The notes: generated by a model from the letters alone, not told the origin. Counted from the first letter of the stretch, positions 24,023 through 39,501 are shown. The stretch: DNA of 64,000 nucleotides from Octopus sinensis (GCF_006345805.1 NC_043003.1:43214001-43278000); one strand, 5' to 3'. Numbers and translations: made by a program.

Positions 24023-25286
24023 TTTTAAATATTCTAAGGGTGTATGTTAAATACTGATTTCAAATTTTGGCACGAGGCCGGCAAATTTGAGAGCGGAGCA
24101 AGTCGATTAAACTTTCTTTCTTCTTTACTTTGAAAATAAAAGTATTTGTGACTTTTTATTATAATTGGTTTTCTGTGTCAGCTTACATTGTACAAAGCCA
24201 TAGTACCAGTTCTCATTCTAGTCTTCTCTAATATATGTGCATATAAGCTGTATTTATTATATTACTATGTACATATATTTATGACAAGGTATGTGATATA
24301 ACGGATACAGAATTTCACATTGGTTTATAAAATCGCTCATTCGAAATATGATGGAGGAGGCCCGGTATCTCTTTGGTCAAAGAAATGGAATTTAGCGTGA
24401 TCCATTTTATTGGCTGGCGGATTTCATAATGAAGACTGACGCATGACCTAGTCAGCATTATATCAGTGAGCCAGCTTGGAGTTAGTAGTACAAAGGAAAA
24501 CCTATAGTCATAAGAAAGAACACTTCCACGAGTGTATCTATATATATATATATATATATACGCATTAAATCTTATTTTACATCATAAATTTCTAAAAGTG
24601 TCTTCCGTTATGAAAAACGCAGAGCATAATGTAATCACTTATATTGTAGATTGTAATTGATTAAAAATCACAGCTATAAATGAACAAATACTACATACGT
24701 ATGGTATAAAGTATCGTATATATAATTTTTCAAAACAATCTTCATATTGCATGAATAATGAATTAATGAAAGACGCTGCTAGCAAAGACCTATTTGTGTT
24801 AATCGGATTTCAAATATAGTAAATTACATACCTGTGACGACCATCGCTCCCTCTATCTGTCTTTCCCTAAATACGCATTTGTGTGAGTGTGTGTGTGTGT
24901 GTGTGCGTGCGTGCGCAGTCTGTACGTGTGCATATAAGTATAGCGTTTGTTTCGAAGTGAAAATATAATGAGATTTGGCGGTATTTGGATTCAGTTATAA
25001 ATGGATGGAACTGAATACGGCAAAGTATTAATTACGCTACGGTAATATAAATTACATAATAATCTTGAGAGCAACAAAAACAACAACTGCAACATCAATG
25101 ACAGCAAATAGACTAAAAGAAACAATAGTAGCAGTAAAGGAAAAGTAGTAGTTATTTAAAGAAATAAAATCATTTTTCATGTATATAAATACATACGTGC
25201 TTCCGTACGTACACATATAAATACATACAAATATGGACACATACACAGATGTACACATACCACGCATACATACATACACACACACA

Positions 25287-25592
<306 letters not shown>

Positions 25593-26113
25593 CTATATAA
25601 CATATTTATTTCGACGTGACAGAAACCAAGTTTTCTTCTCCAGTATTTCCTGAAACAAAATATAAAATATATTTTAAATAACACAACCATTTTTTCCCCC
25701 TTTTACTCTCTTTTTTCTTATAATATTTATTCATGCAGTTATTTTTTTTCATAAATTGAGCATTCAGAAATAGCATTACTAAGAAAAGTGTCGGCTCTCC
25801 TTGAAAATTTAGCCCTTAGCAGAGAATTATTCGATTCATCGTACTACAGGTGGACCTCAAAATAGATTTCTTACACAATCAATACTATTTCTCAATGAGA
25901 TAGTGAACGAATTCATTGTGAAGTCTCCCGTGTTTGTTTTTCTTGTCACTGATGTTTTGCAAGAAAGATATATTTCTTCTTAGATTATTACTTTCATTTA
26001 TCATTTATTATTTATTTTTCTGGAGACTAGAAACGTGTCCCTTGAAATTCACCAGATACGGAGTAATTTGCATTAGTAACCAGAGGGCAGACAAGCCACT
26101 TCAATATATATGC

Positions 26114-26155
<42 letters not shown>

Positions 26156-26564
26156 TATATATATATGCATATATATATGTGTATATTTATGTATTATATA
26201 TATTATATGTATATATAAGTAGGTATATATATATATATATCGATTAGTTTCCTTTCACCATTTTCTTTTCTTTCTCTTTTTGCATTAGTTTTCACCAGGG
26301 TAGTACAGTTAGTTTGTTGCTGAAAGTAAGTTTAAATATATGAATAGTTGAATACATGAATATAGAAACGATTGTGATATTGTGAACAGCGAATAAGCGA
26401 AATTTTTATATTTTGACATCTAAATAATGCTGGGTATATCTACCATATTTGCAAAACCGCTGTCTATTTCAAAATACGATTTAAATGCAGAGCCGCGAAG
26501 ATAAAAGTAAATATTTTATAGTTTTATACTGCAGGTCACCTGAAGTATATATATGTATGTATCA

Positions 26565-26710
<146 letters not shown>

Positions 26711-27564
26711 TGTGTATGTATTCATATAGCTATGCACTTGTGTATGGGTGTATGTTTTATATAATTCAATCATACTGTATACATCTGAAAAAAGGAAATG
26801 ATTGTTAGCATCAAAGACTCCTCTGTGTCTTTCATCGTTTACTAAGATGGTAGAATGTGTTTTAAAGTGGTTTCGGTTGCTATTTCTAGGAGGCCGATAG
26901 ATAACGATGGCTACCGTATTAGCTCGCTGAATAGAAATTTGTTATAGCTATTCTGCATGACATTGTTGTTGATGATGATGTTCACGACGACGGCGACAAA
27001 TGTGTGTTGATGACGACGACGACGACGATGATGATGATGAGGATGAAGAAGAACAAGAAGAAGATGAGGAGGAGCAGCAAGGATATGTTGTTGCTCATCA
27101 ACAAATAACCCGTACATCTTTGAAGAATGAGGATTTAGCCGTGTCCGGTCTATCCGTTTTATATATCATTGAGCGTTGACAGCAACATTATCTGATATTA
27201 TCCTTCTAGTTATTAGTGAATAGTATGTATGTGACATGAGAGCGATCTGGTTGCCTTTAGGAACAGGTTTCGCTAACCATATCGAGGAAAGCTATTTCGA
27301 TGTAGCAAAAAAAAAAACGGGTTTCTCAGCGTAGTTTGGTTAAAAGGATATTCACAAGTCGAATAACAGATAACATATATATGTTTATAATATATCATCC
27401 ACGAATCTTGTTTACCTTTTTAATTACTTTTTTAGATTTCATAAATTACATTTAACTCCATTTACTCGTCGTGTGCAATGACTGTTTCTAGGAAGGAACA
27501 TTAAGCGTAAATAAACCAGAAAAATATACAAAGAATAGAAATACAGATATTCATTTCTTGTATG

Positions 27565-27975
<411 letters not shown>

Positions 27976-28019
27976 ACATGAGACAAGAACAAAAGAAGAA
28001 AAAAAGAAGAAATACAACG

Positions 28020-28240
28020 GAAATCAACTGGGCGAACACAGTGGGTATATCAGACTGACGCTCAGTGGAAATTTTGCTGGGAAAATAGGAATAGAAATAT
28101 GACGTTTTGATCATGCCTCTTCATCGGATTGAGGAAGTAAGTCAAGGACAAGAAAAAGGAGGAAGAGGCGGAGTCCGGAGAATGTCACGTGTGTCGTTTC
28201 ATAGCCAGGAAATAAGTGAACGATAGCTAGAGAGAGAGAG
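28020..28240 (-). mobile_element. Penelope-like terminal-repeat fragment
   Basis: GACTGACGCTCAG resembles the ACGCTCAG of the 6074-6520 segments. It carries a degenerate hammerhead-like motif at 28101-28127. Confidence 0.35.
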
Positions 28241-29366
28241 AGAGATAGAAGATGTCATTCGGTTTGTAGAAGATTACATATACGCTCTGTGTGTACGTGT
28301 GGTGTTTGTTTGTGTGTGCGTATGTTTTTTGCGTGTACGTTTGGGAACGTATATATGTATGGTACACGTTTGTGTAGAGTATACTCATATATGCCTGAGT
28401 TTGTATTTATGATATTCTATACGTGTGTATATGCACATATGATATTTGTGTGTGTATCTGGTTGTGTGCGTGTGTGTATGTGTGTGCATGTATGTGTGTG
28501 TGTATGTGTGCGTGTGTGTGTATGTATATGTATGTTGGGCTTGCTTATAACTTTGAGCGAAGATAGTCACCAGATAAATAAAGTACTCAATATATGAAAG
28601 TACTTCCAAATGTAGAGTTTTATATATTGATTTATTAATACATTAGTTCACAGATTTATATAACTGACTTGATCATTGTGATCTACTCATTTCAAGACAT
28701 CCACATAAATACATATGCATACTCATTCACAATCATGTGTTAGTTTGAGCATAAATTGACTGTATGTGTAGATAGAAGTTGAGATCAAAGGTACATAATC
28801 ATTAATGAACGAAGCGTTAATGACGTTCCATTGTACCGAACCATTATGAAAATCGGAAATTTTCGATGTGTAGAGAAAATAACAGTGTTTTAGTCCTAAT
28901 GATAATTCCTCTATCTAGAAAGTGAGGCGTGTTCTAAATTAGCTTGTAACATTCTCGCAGTCCATATAAGTCATCCAATATTTTATTAGTGTAACTTCAG
29001 CATAGTCATTCAAACTGAATACAAACGTATTAAAATGAAATTTTGCGAAGTCCAGCTTTGTTATGTTAATAACCTGAAAATAGAGCAGTTTCAGTTTCTT
29101 TTGAAATATTCCCAGTATTTCATATAAAATTATCTCATTATTTGTGCTGTGTAAACACACGAACACATACACCCACACATGTAGATGTTAGTAGCAACAC
29201 GTCAGTCCGGTATCATCTGGACTGACATGGTGCCTCAACTTAAGTACCTAATTATGCTGAATTTGAATTATTCTAATAGATGTATGTATATATATCATAT
29301 CACATATTTTATTATATTATATTATATTATATTATATTATATTATATTATATATATGCACGTATAT

Positions 29367-29455
<89 letters not shown>

Positions 29456-29459
29456 GCAA

Positions 29460-30278
29460 ACTGTGGTGGGTAAATATGAGAATTTGCATACAATAATGAA
29501 ATATCATATCCACCCTCAGCTTCCCCCGCACTCTCAATAAGCACCCGGAACATGCGATATACGTTCCTCGCTCTGTTCCAGGGAATATGTTATCCGCCAG
29601 TCTGGACTCCAGCAATGTGGTCAGAACGGTAGGAGTCTTTCTCAACCTTTACCCTCGCACAGTAATCCATGGCATTATAGTCGAGTGGATTAGGAGACGA
29701 GAAATTGATGCTAGTCAAGCTGTAGAAATTATATGAAAAGGATTTCTGGCTCTTTCAGGAGGTATTGCAAGGAGCCAAATTTGACTGCTACACATATGGC
29801 CTTCCAGCCGTAGTCTTCCCCTGTTAAAATTTGACCACTGTCTCTAGTAGTTTCAAATAGCTGTCTGAAATATGTCTTTGAGTTTGGAAGAAATTGGTTT
29901 TCGTGATACGTGGTACACCACATGGATTGAAGGGAAGCCATCTGTTGTTTTGTGTGTTCTGCCGCTGGTCGTGGTACATGCTTTTTTCATTTGAAAAATA
30001 ACTTTTGCACAATAGGATGCCCTAGCTTGTCTAGGAGCTTCTTTGCCTCCGTAGAGCGGGTCGCCTTTTCTTGGCTGTCAGAAGTTATATATTACCCTAC
30101 TTCTACGAGTGGTAGCGAATTTCATGGGCCCTAAACATTGTTTCGGATAAGTAGTTGGAACTGGAAGAATTTAAAATTCGTCGATCAATTTCTTTAATCG
30201 ACCGATCAGTGGTTGATTGATTGAAAATAGAGAACAAACCACATCCTTGCACATAAGCAAACAATGGGAAGTATGATT
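29460..30278 (-). pseudogene. Decayed maT/DD37D (Tc1-mariner superfamily) transposase
   Basis: AKKLLDKLGHP, FSNEK...DQ..NTQNNRWL, YLKLLETVVK, AGRPYV*QSNLAPCNTS*KSQK and FSSPNPLDYNAMDYCARVKVEKD (cf. YVWQQDSAPCHTS and WPPNSPDCNPMDYYVW). Confidence 0.85.
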
Positions 30279-30279
30279 G

Positions 30280-31023
30280 CCGTAAATCCTCGAGTATAAT
30301 CCGCATTTTCCCCCCAAAATTTAAAGGACAAATTCCCTAGTGCGTACTATATACGAGATTAAAAGTGAAAAATATTTTATAAGCAATGTCCGAGTCTCTA
30401 TTTGCAGTCCGGCAATGTTTATTCAGACGCATTTTGTGATTTAGGGCGCGAAAATACCTTAAGCTAAGTCTGAAAGCAATAAAATGAAAAAATAATCATC
30501 CATAACTTGCAGTCAGCAACATTTATTAAAATAAAAGTATTTAGAACACAGAATAAATGTAGCAAAAAAATTTGCAAATATATTTACATTCCCATATATC
30601 AGTTAAGAACATCACCATTATTGCATGCGCGGAAGTGTTTCGTTCGACTAGGTACTGTTGGCTTAATTACGCACGAATTGTGCATAATAGTTTAGCGCTA
30701 AATAGTTCATCCTGCTGTTTGTATTGGCAAATTGCACCATTACCGTGGCAAACAATAGATACTTAATTAAACACCAGTTTTAAATGTTTGAACTACTATG
30801 GGTCTTTACTAGGGTTTTTTTGTAAGCGAGACTTAAAACATGTACGATAATCTCCAATGAAACATTTGATACATTACATGCCCACAAAATGCCTCGTAGA
30901 TCTTATTCAAGTTAGAAAAGGGGTGCGTATTATACACAAGGTTTAGGTTTTTCAGAGGTACAGCACCCTAAAAAATCCCCTGCGTATTATACTCAAGGGC
31001 GGACTATACTTGAGGATTTACAG
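30280..31023. mobile_element. pogo/Tigger-type non-autonomous element (744 bp)
   Basis: TIRs CCGTAAATCCTCGAGTATAATCCGC and (reverse complement) CTGTAAATCCTCAAGTATAGTCCGC. Flanks are TG (left) and TA (right). Subterminal TGCGTA(C/T)TATAC repeats. Confidence 0.8.
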
Positions 31024-31186
31024 TATTCTTAGTAGAAAGAATCAAAAGATGATATAGCTGACCGTGTGAAGGAATGAAATCCGATACATCCCTAACTTGT
31101 TTAGGTCTGTCATAGACTATGAGAAGTAAGTAGATTATTTAAACAGATACTAAATAACTATTCACGATAAACTAATTTACATTACC

Positions 31187-31238
31187 TAATGGTAATAATA
31201 ATAATAGTAATAATAACAACAACAACAACAACAACGAC

Positions 31239-31285
<47 letters not shown>

Positions 31286-31301
31286 CAACAACAACGACAA
31301 T

Positions 31302-31369
<68 letters not shown>

Positions 31370-31374
31370 TGATG

Positions 31375-31433
<59 letters not shown>

Positions 31434-31495
31434 GATGATGATGATGATGACGACGATGATGATGATGATAATGATGGTGATGGTGATGATGATGG

Positions 31496-31584
<89 letters not shown>
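31187..31584. repeat. Compound trinucleotide tract (TAA/CAA/GAT/TAA)
   Basis: Direct reading. Confidence 0.97.
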
Positions 31585-31585
<1 letters not shown>

Positions 31586-31587
31586 GG

Positions 31588-31850
31588 CAGAGATGAAGGT
31601 GGGACAAGGAGGGAAACGAAGAGTAATTTAATGTTGGATCAGGAATGAACCAAGTAGAAGGGGATTCCGAAGACGCATGAAATCAAAATGGAATGAAAAA
31701 GGACTCTTCGAAATAAGTGAACAACGGTTAGCCGACCAGGTAAGAGCAATAAGAGCAAAAGGATGGTTAAAAAAACATGGAAATAGACGAGATAAAAAGG
31801 AAAGTAGAAGATAGAAATAATACTTCACCAGCAGATAGCGTGTCACCCAA
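31588..31850 (+). mobile_element. R4/Dong-clade ORF N-terminal fragment
   Basis: CWIRNEPSRRGFRRRM..WNEKGLFEISEQRLADQVRAIRAKGWL..EIDEIKR matches the R4-clade N-terminal motif (RGYRKRM...EQRLADQ.R.I....WL). Confidence 0.75.
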
Positions 31851-31852
31851 CA

Positions 31853-31854
31853 AC

Positions 31855-31892
<38 letters not shown>

Positions 31893-32043
31893 AATGAGAA
31901 GTAGTAGTAGTAGTAGTATTAGTAGTAGTAGTAGTAGTAGAAGAAGAACAAGTAGTAGTAGTAGTAATAATATTAGTAGTAGTAGTAGCAGTAGTAGTAG
32001 TAGAAGCCACAACAGCAGCTGCAGTAGTAGTAGTAGTAGTATC

Positions 32044-32129
<86 letters not shown>
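31853..32129. repeat. (TAG)n trinucleotide tract
   Basis: Direct reading. Confidence 0.97.
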
Positions 32130-32130
<1 letters not shown>

Positions 32131-33696
32131 AAACCTTATAGCTAGGGATCATAAATGAATAAAAAATTGGTGGCAAAATATAGTAACAAGATGAACGCTA
32201 GAAAGATAGTGCTTAAAAGAGGTTGATAGAGGTGCACAGTATAAGTAACGGGAAAAAATATGAATAAAACGAGATAGCAGTAGTAAATAAATTCAAATGA
32301 AATATCTCCTAGTAAATATGAGTGATAAGTCTAAACAAAGTTAGGGAGAGGCCTATAATTCAAATTATTTTGGTAATTAAATATACAGTTACAACTACAT
32401 TATTAGATCACGAAAGAATATGGAAGTTATCATATCCCGGTGCACCGATCGATTAATTTCCAAGGGAAAAATGTGAAGAGTTTGTTTTTTAAATTTTAAA
32501 ATTTTAACAGAAGTTCAGGTGTCATTTTCAGTATATTAGATATTAACGTAAAATTAAATAATGACACTTCTGGAGGAATCAAAACCACACTCGTTTCTAT
32601 GAGACGCTCATATTCCAAATAAAATAAGGAAACTATATTCGGCAATATTTATAATTTCCTAATATTCAAAATGGAGCAGGATACGAAGTTCTCGGACGTG
32701 ACCATGTTCTGCAAAGGAAGAGAATGGCATTTAGTTTTTCCCAGTTTTTATCTTCAACTTGTTTGTTTTTTCTCTCAGTATTGAATTCCTAATACAAGGT
32801 GACGTAACTCTTACCGAGCTATTGATGTTTACATGTGATTGCCATTTCCTCAACTTTGCTTGCTGTAGTTGTTCCAGTAAATAACATTTATGCTCCATTT
32901 AGATGCAGGTAACGAATAGAGAAGTCAAAGTGAATATAAAATCAGAAAACTGATACACAGGGGAAAACCCATAAGATACATAAGAGGATAATTGAACATT
33001 TATAAAACTTAATTAATGTGCGATGCAGATCTTTGTGGAGACGAGGAAAAGGCACATAAAAAATGATGTTAGTAAAACAAGTTTAGATATTCGTATAAGC
33101 TTAATTGCTTTCGAAAAAGCATGAAAGTCAAGTTTTCTACACTCATCATACTTAGTAGTATATCGAATTTGCCTCGTCGTTAGCAATATCTCCTTTTGCA
33201 GTTCCGTATCCACAGGGGTATTAGAATTCAACAATAAATCACGAGAAAACAATATTTAGAATGCTAAGAATTGATTAACACGGAACACCCTGATATCCAT
33301 ACTTAAGTGTATTGTACAAAGTGATAATATAGCGATGATTTTTTTTTCATTTTGTTTCTAAGTCAGTTAAAAGATGATAGCTAGTGTTAAAATACTTTGA
33401 AAACACTCATGGTATTACTCGAAGTTTGCATGACTATGTATCTGAAGAAAAACATAATGGAGATAACAATTCTAATGGCTGCATTTATGGAACGGCCAAT
33501 TTAGTAAAATAGTTTGTGCGATATTTAAGAAATTACGTGAATGACAGTGGAATGCCGATATTTCTACCTATGCTAGGTGGAGGGTATATGTAGCTAGCTA
33601 CTAGAAAGGACCAACAACCGTTGAAGTGTGAGGGAATGGAGTAGCTCCATGATTCATTGGTGGGAGAGTAAGGTTGAGTGTACATTGAAGAAACAA

Positions 33697-33745
<49 letters not shown>

Positions 33746-33844
33746 GGTTCTTTTTTCAATTAAAGTATAAATTGATACCGGTTAACATGTCCCGGTGTAT
33801 GTGTGACGGAATGTGATTATTTAAGTATGGTTATGCTTGTTTAA

Positions 33845-34107
33845 CGTGGAGGTGCGTGGCTTAGTGGTTAGCGTGTCAGCACCATGATCGTAAGATTGTG
33901 GGTTCGATTCCTGGACCGGGCGATGCGTTAAATTCTTGAGCAAAACATTTCATTTCACGTTGCTCCAGTCCACTCAGCTGGCAAAATTGAGTAACGCTGC
34001 GATGGATTGGCGTCCCGTCCAGCTGGGGAACAAATACGCCATAGAAACCGGGAAACCGGGCCCATGTGCCTCGCTAAGCTTTAAAAAGGGCGCATTTATT
34101 ATTTTTT
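33845..34107 (+). mobile_element. tRNA-derived SINE (same family as 10521-10770)
   Basis: A box TGGCTTAGTGG, B box GGTTCGATTCC, then TTCTTGAGCAAAACATTT...GCTCCAGTCCACTCAGCTGGC. Confidence 0.88.
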
Positions 34108-34997
34108 TATGGGTGTTTAACAGTTTGAAGGCAATACAAATCATTAAATCCTGTACATTTTGTAAGCAATTTTACGCCTAAAATTGTTGCGTTTGAGTAG
34201 TTCAAGATTAATATATTTTCATGTTGTTACCACAGAAAAATGTTGCGGCAATTCCTTAGATTACCATTTACATAACAGGTAATTCTCATTGCGCTGCATC
34301 ATTGCCATATAACGGCGATCGCGCTTTCCGTGCTAATATATGTTCAGCATGTCTGTATATTGAAGAATGAAAGGGGGCATGTTTAGCTACAAATTCACGA
34401 CATAGTGAACAAGCACGTTTTCCTAAAGCTTCCAGTCTACCAAAAGACTTGCATGAGAAACTAGATGAATGGAAACTGTTTAGAATCTCGTTGGTTAAAT
34501 CATATTTGTACTTGTGTGGCTAAGTTAATTTCTTGTATATTTATACTTCATTAATTAAAAGCATTCACAAGACTTTAGTGACCGTTATGAAAAGACTTGA
34601 ATCGAAGTATTATCCCACATTCCTCACCGAGCACAAGTAAAATGCCATAGGAGCTGATGTATTTCCCGATATTAGACCAAGAACAAAAAATGCGACAATA
34701 ATTTCAACAAATTCGTCGAAAACGTTTTAAATATAGTGAAGTCGCATAAGGGAATAAGTCATTTGCAAATAAGAAGAAGCAAGTTTTTGAACCAAACAAG
34801 ATAACACACATATATGGGACATAAAACTTGCATGCAGCACAACAAGCAAAGAGACAGCGACACAGCCATTTGCAAAATCATGATTGATTTTACACCAAAC
34901 ACTAAAAATCTAACATCTGAAAAGATCACACGACATGAAATATTAGTTATATGTGCCGTAGATTTGTTGCTTCTGATTTGTATGATTAATGGCATGC

Positions 34998-35450
<453 letters not shown>

Positions 35451-35739
35451 ATAAATACATGTATGGACAAATATTGTTTTATTTTAGTAGCATTTAAACT
35501 GAATATTAACCACCAATCTACAGAACATATGTTTTTCATATAATATTAAAACATGTTATAGTTGGAAAATAGGGCGTTAATGGAATAATTTTGTTTGATC
35601 TAGGCACATATATTACGTACTGAGGAATACACAAAAAATCACGCTCCTAGTATATCTGTAATTGTGTGTATGGGTATATGTCTGTAAGCAGGTGTATGTG
35701 TGTATATATGTTAATGTCTGTGTGTATATACTTACATAC

Positions 35740-35751
35740 ATACATATATAA

Positions 35752-35832
<81 letters not shown>

Positions 35833-35961
35833 GATTTATATGGAATGTGTCTCTATATATTGCTATTTCAGTGTGTCTGTGTGTGTGTGTGTGTATTCTG
35901 ATTCAATGTGTAACTTCATATTGCCATAATACATACATACATGCATCTCTCTCTCTCTCCG

Positions 35962-35995
<34 letters not shown>

Positions 35996-36445
35996 ATTTA
36001 TATATATATATATATATATATTATACATCTACGTATGTAAATATGTATACCACATGTGTGTACATGTATATATATATATACATATACACATACCACATAC
36101 ATATGTGTGCATGTATATATGTGTGTGTGCGAATGTGCGCGCACATGTACGTGTGTGTGCGTGTATCTGCGCTTATTCGTGTTTCTGCGTGCGCTTTTGC
36201 TAGCACTTATGAATTTAGTTTTCGAATAAACTTTGAAATAGATATATTCTTAAAACGTTTTACTGATATTATGCATTCCCATGTGGATAATAAAAGTCAT
36301 CGCTTCCAATTTATTTGCAACGTACCGAGTGGAGAAATATAAATTCATAAAATAATCATGTCTTGGAAGAAAAGAATATGGTTAATATGCTTATGTCTGT
36401 ATGTATACATACATATCTGTGTTCATGTATATATATATACAAACG

Positions 36446-36534
<89 letters not shown>

Positions 36535-36590
36535 CCCTCATACATACATACATACATACATACATACATACAACATACATACATACACGC
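35740..36590. repeat. Cluster of (TA)n, (CT)n, (GT)n and (CATA)n tracts
   Basis: Direct reading. Confidence 0.9.
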
Positions 36591-37346
36591 ACGCATTTGT
36601 GTGCGCTTGAGTTCCTACGAATATATTACGGATACATATGTGTAGACTTAGTTTAAAAGGGAAAGAAATTAGACTCGGTATGTAAAACAGTGTATATCCA
36701 ATTTTCTAATGATCTGTGAATTTTACAGTAGTTAGTCAGGTGCCTAGAACTTCATTCTAAGGGTCTTTCTAAACGTATAAGTTCCATGGTAAGTAATCTA
36801 AGGCGCATGTTACCAATATTCATCTAATATGGTTTTAAATTTCACTATCGTAGTATTTCATTCAATTATGTGACTGTGTATGTCTGAAACACGCATTCTT
36901 TGCATCATAATCAGCTAAAATAAATTGTGACACAAGACGTTGCACAGTCTGTGTGAATCCTCCGAACAGACTGAGCGACCGATTTCTACAGATTTCCGTC
37001 AAAATAACTATGCAAAGAAAGCTTTGATCGAGAGCAGTTCAGGTAAAACAGACTTACTTTAATGGTTAATTAGTAAAGCAGATATATCATCCATGTAAAT
37101 TAAACAATACAACCTTTAATTGTTTCACCATTTATGTGTCACATGCACATATATAGTATCATTTCTGACGATACATAAATATATAGATACAATCATATAC
37201 ATAGAACCACAGTCATATATGTATGTTTGTATGTAGAGGGATATATCAATCAATGAAATTCCTGTTATCAATTGTGGATCACGATTGTCACTACTTCTAT
37301 ATAAACCTGTGTAACGCATGAAAGTACCAGTTATATGAGAATAAAT

Positions 37347-37734
37347 CTCTTTTACTCTCTTTTACTTGTTTCAGTCATTTGACTGCGGCCACGCTGGAGC
37401 CCCGCCTTTAATCGAGCAACTCGACCCCGGGACTTATTCCTTTTGTAAGCCCAGTACTTATTCTATCGGTCTTTTTTGCAGAACCGCTAAGTAACGGGGA
37501 CATAAACACAGCAGCATCGGTTGTCAAGCAATGCTAGGGGGATAAACACACACACGCATATATATATATACATATATACGACGGGCTTCTTTTCAGTTTC
37601 CGTCTACCAAATCCACTCACAAGGCTTTGGTCTGCCCGAGGCTATAGTAGCAGACACTTGCCATGCAGTGGGACTGAACCCGGAACCATGTGGCTGGTAA
37701 ACAAGCTACTTACCACACAGCCACTCCTGCGCCT
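37347..37734 (-). mobile_element. tRNA-derived CORE-type SINE with internal microsatellite
   Basis: Reverse complement of the family at 63552-63955. Lacks 9 bp of the GGCACCTTGGGCAAG core (GGCA microhomology). Confidence 0.9.
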
Positions 37735-37856
37735 ATAATATATATTATTGGAAAATTGTAAATATTTTATATAATAAAACGTGAAAAGGAGATTATGGTG
37801 GAATTTCATTGATTAATACACACACACATACAAACACACACACCCATCCACACATA

Positions 37857-38214
37857 TGGCACTCCGTCGGTTACGACGACGAGGGTTCCAGTTGATCCGA
37901 TCAGCGGACCAGCCTGCTCGTGAAATTAACGTGTAAGTGACTGAACTCTCCACAGACACGTGTACCCTTAACGTAGTTCTCGGGGAGATTCCACGTGTGA
38001 TATACGGCCTTTGATATACGGGTGCAAGAGAAACAGGGAGAAAGAGTAAAATTGTGGTGAAAGAGTACAGCAGTGTTCGCCTCCGCCTCCGCCTCCGCCT
38101 CCTCGCGGAGCTTTAGCTATTTTCACTCAATAAATACAACGCCCGGTCTGGGAATTGAAACTGTGATTCTACGGCAGTTTGTTCACTGCCCTAACCAGAT
38201 GGCCATTGCGCCTC

Positions 38215-38215
<1 letters not shown>
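37857..38215 (-). mobile_element. tRNA-derived SINE (third family)
   Basis: Minus strand head GGAGGCGCAATGGCCATCTGGTTAGGGC...GTTTCAATTCCC. The body ends ...CGTCGTAACCGACGGAGTGCCA next to (CA)n. Confidence 0.75.
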
Positions 38216-38395
<180 letters not shown>

Positions 38396-39204
38396 ATTCA
38401 TGTAAAAATATACATTTATTTTACTGGAAAGTACCTTCTTTTTGTAGCGTACCTAATGTCGATAATGCGAAATGATAATTGACATTTAAAGCTGGAGTAG
38501 AATTAAATACATCTTGAAAGAATATGCATATATGCATATATGCCTTAAAAGTAGCATTATATACCATTGTATAGATATGACCTGTAATACATATTATATA
38601 TATATATATCACCTCGCCAAGAACTCCTAAAACGTTTACTGCCAAAATCTCTTTCCTTCACTTCACATTCAAAGTTATCATAACGATATTCAGCAACTGT
38701 ATCGATTTATGAAAGCAACATAAGTGGCGACGTCCAAAGAAAGGAACTATCTCTCATGTGACTGGATAAAGCAAACCTGATTTTCTCTGTAAGATTCTTC
38801 AACCAGAAATTTGAGACGACTATAATATGAAATTAGAGGATCTAGAAATAACTTTTGAAGTACAGAGCTACGCAGAGTCCATGAAAACTAGCCATGAGAC
38901 TCGCAAAAAAGGCTGCTGAAATAAAAAAAAATGATCTGTTGCTTAATAGATACAAGTTCGAAAAGATAACTTCTTGGATGCAGTCAAATCGTTTAATACA
39001 CTGAGATGAAAACCCTTCAATGTCTTGGTATAATGGAACTGAGTAGTCAGCAACCTAAATACTCTACCTTACTGTAACTAAGTTTGAAATGTGTATTATA
39101 TTTTCGGATACGATGCCCGAAATGAGTTTTTCAACGTAAAAAAAAATCTTACGGCAAATCGATATATGTAGTGAACCGAAGAATTTAATTTGCTGGTGTT
39201 AATA

Positions 39205-39285
<81 letters not shown>

Positions 39286-39461
39286 GATAAGAAAGTTTGT
39301 TTGGTAAAGCACGTGGGTGAATATATAAGAAAATAGTAAAGTGTGAAAAAACGACAGAAGGCTTAAATGTTAAAAAATATATATATTTGTGTCAAAATGT
39401 CTGGAGAATATTGGAAAAATTTTTTTCCTTTCCTTAAAATGACATAATTTTAAAATTTTTA

Positions 39462-39501
39462 AAGAAATTACCGGTTTCGCGTGTAGCTTTTCAAATTTCT
39501 T
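39462..39501 (-). ncRNA. Minimal type-I hammerhead ribozyme (U3-A8 variant), putative
   Basis: Minus strand: AAGAAAU UUGAAAA GC-UACAC-GC GAAA CCG GUA AUUUCUU. Stem I is 7 bp, stem II is 2 bp, stem III is the palindrome ACCGGU, and the cleavage triplet is GUA. Confidence 0.7.

Noticed and set aside
24380-24470. CCAAT-box and TGACG motifs suggesting a promoter (similar motifs at 61690-61860)
   Set aside because: Short motifs expected by chance, with no associated gene or transcript evidence.
24831-24865. Possible 35-nt minus-strand exon ending CAG|GTATGT
   Set aside because: The acceptor lacks a polypyrimidine tract, the length is not a multiple of 3, and no partner exons were found.
26990-27175. 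Acidic D/E-rich open stretch (DDDD..EEEQEEDEEEQQGYVVAHQQ)
   Set aside because: Derived from decayed GAT/GAC/GAA/GAG repeats. No start codon or convincing splice sites.
33845-33915. tRNA-like A/B-box sequences here and at 10700-10770, 37670-37734, 38150-38215 and 63552-63620
   Set aside because: They are SINE heads continuing into SINE bodies and do not form complete cloverleaves, so they are not tRNA genes.
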